Assembly: GCA_030704615.1 (NCBI GenBank)
Contig: CM060731.1
Span: 43,710,001 to 43,774,000 of the forward strand
Direction: 5' to 3'
Origin: Takakia lepidozioides
Lineage: Eukaryota > Plantae > Bryophyta
DNA length: 64,000 nt
Made by a program: the position numbers and the translations under genes. This document shows positions 63,977-64,000 of this stretch, piece by piece. The first letter of the stretch is position 1. Each line of letters begins with the position of its first letter. Under the pieces are notes generated by a model, which was given only the letters and a program-made list of their open reading frames with translations, had not been told where the DNA came from and did no database searches.

Positions 63977-64000
63977 TGGGCAGTGGAGGTTCAGTAAAAT

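Overview
Nuclear DNA of a non-seed land plant, most likely a moss or other bryophyte. This is inferred from the PLS-class PPR-DYW style, a plant-type U2 gene with a USE, and the transposon families present. No intact protein-coding gene could be supported; the one gene that looks functional is a U2 snRNA (minus strand, about 13830-14025) with a USE+TATA promoter. Host-type sequences are six broken PLS-PPR/DYW RNA-editing-factor segments, an NPC phospholipase C exon-1 remnant, an F-box/kelch gene split by a retroelement, and an alpha/beta-hydrolase exon of the kind found on bryophyte NLRs. Transposons dominate. They include a 10-kb Mutator-like element with a convergent Ulp1-protease gene and dense internal AGTCYGCTG motif arrays, with its 657-bp non-autonomous relative (9-bp TSD); a 13.1-kb Ty3/Gypsy element with both LTRs (TSD GCGAG) and a long extra 3' ORF; and a 3-kb hAT element inserted in a DYW domain (8-bp TSD). 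Also present are a TTAA-flanked piggyBac-like MITE, a Sola-like transposase, and pogo, LINE and Helitron remnants. The best novelty candidates are a possible VANDAL-like architecture in the MULE, a tandem array of a chimeric 37-aa PPR unit, a possibly captured PPR-DYW/U2/NPC block between hAT-like ends, and a U2 promoter with short USE-TATA spacing. All family calls come from motif recognition by eye; no database searches were run, and coordinates of degraded features are approximate.
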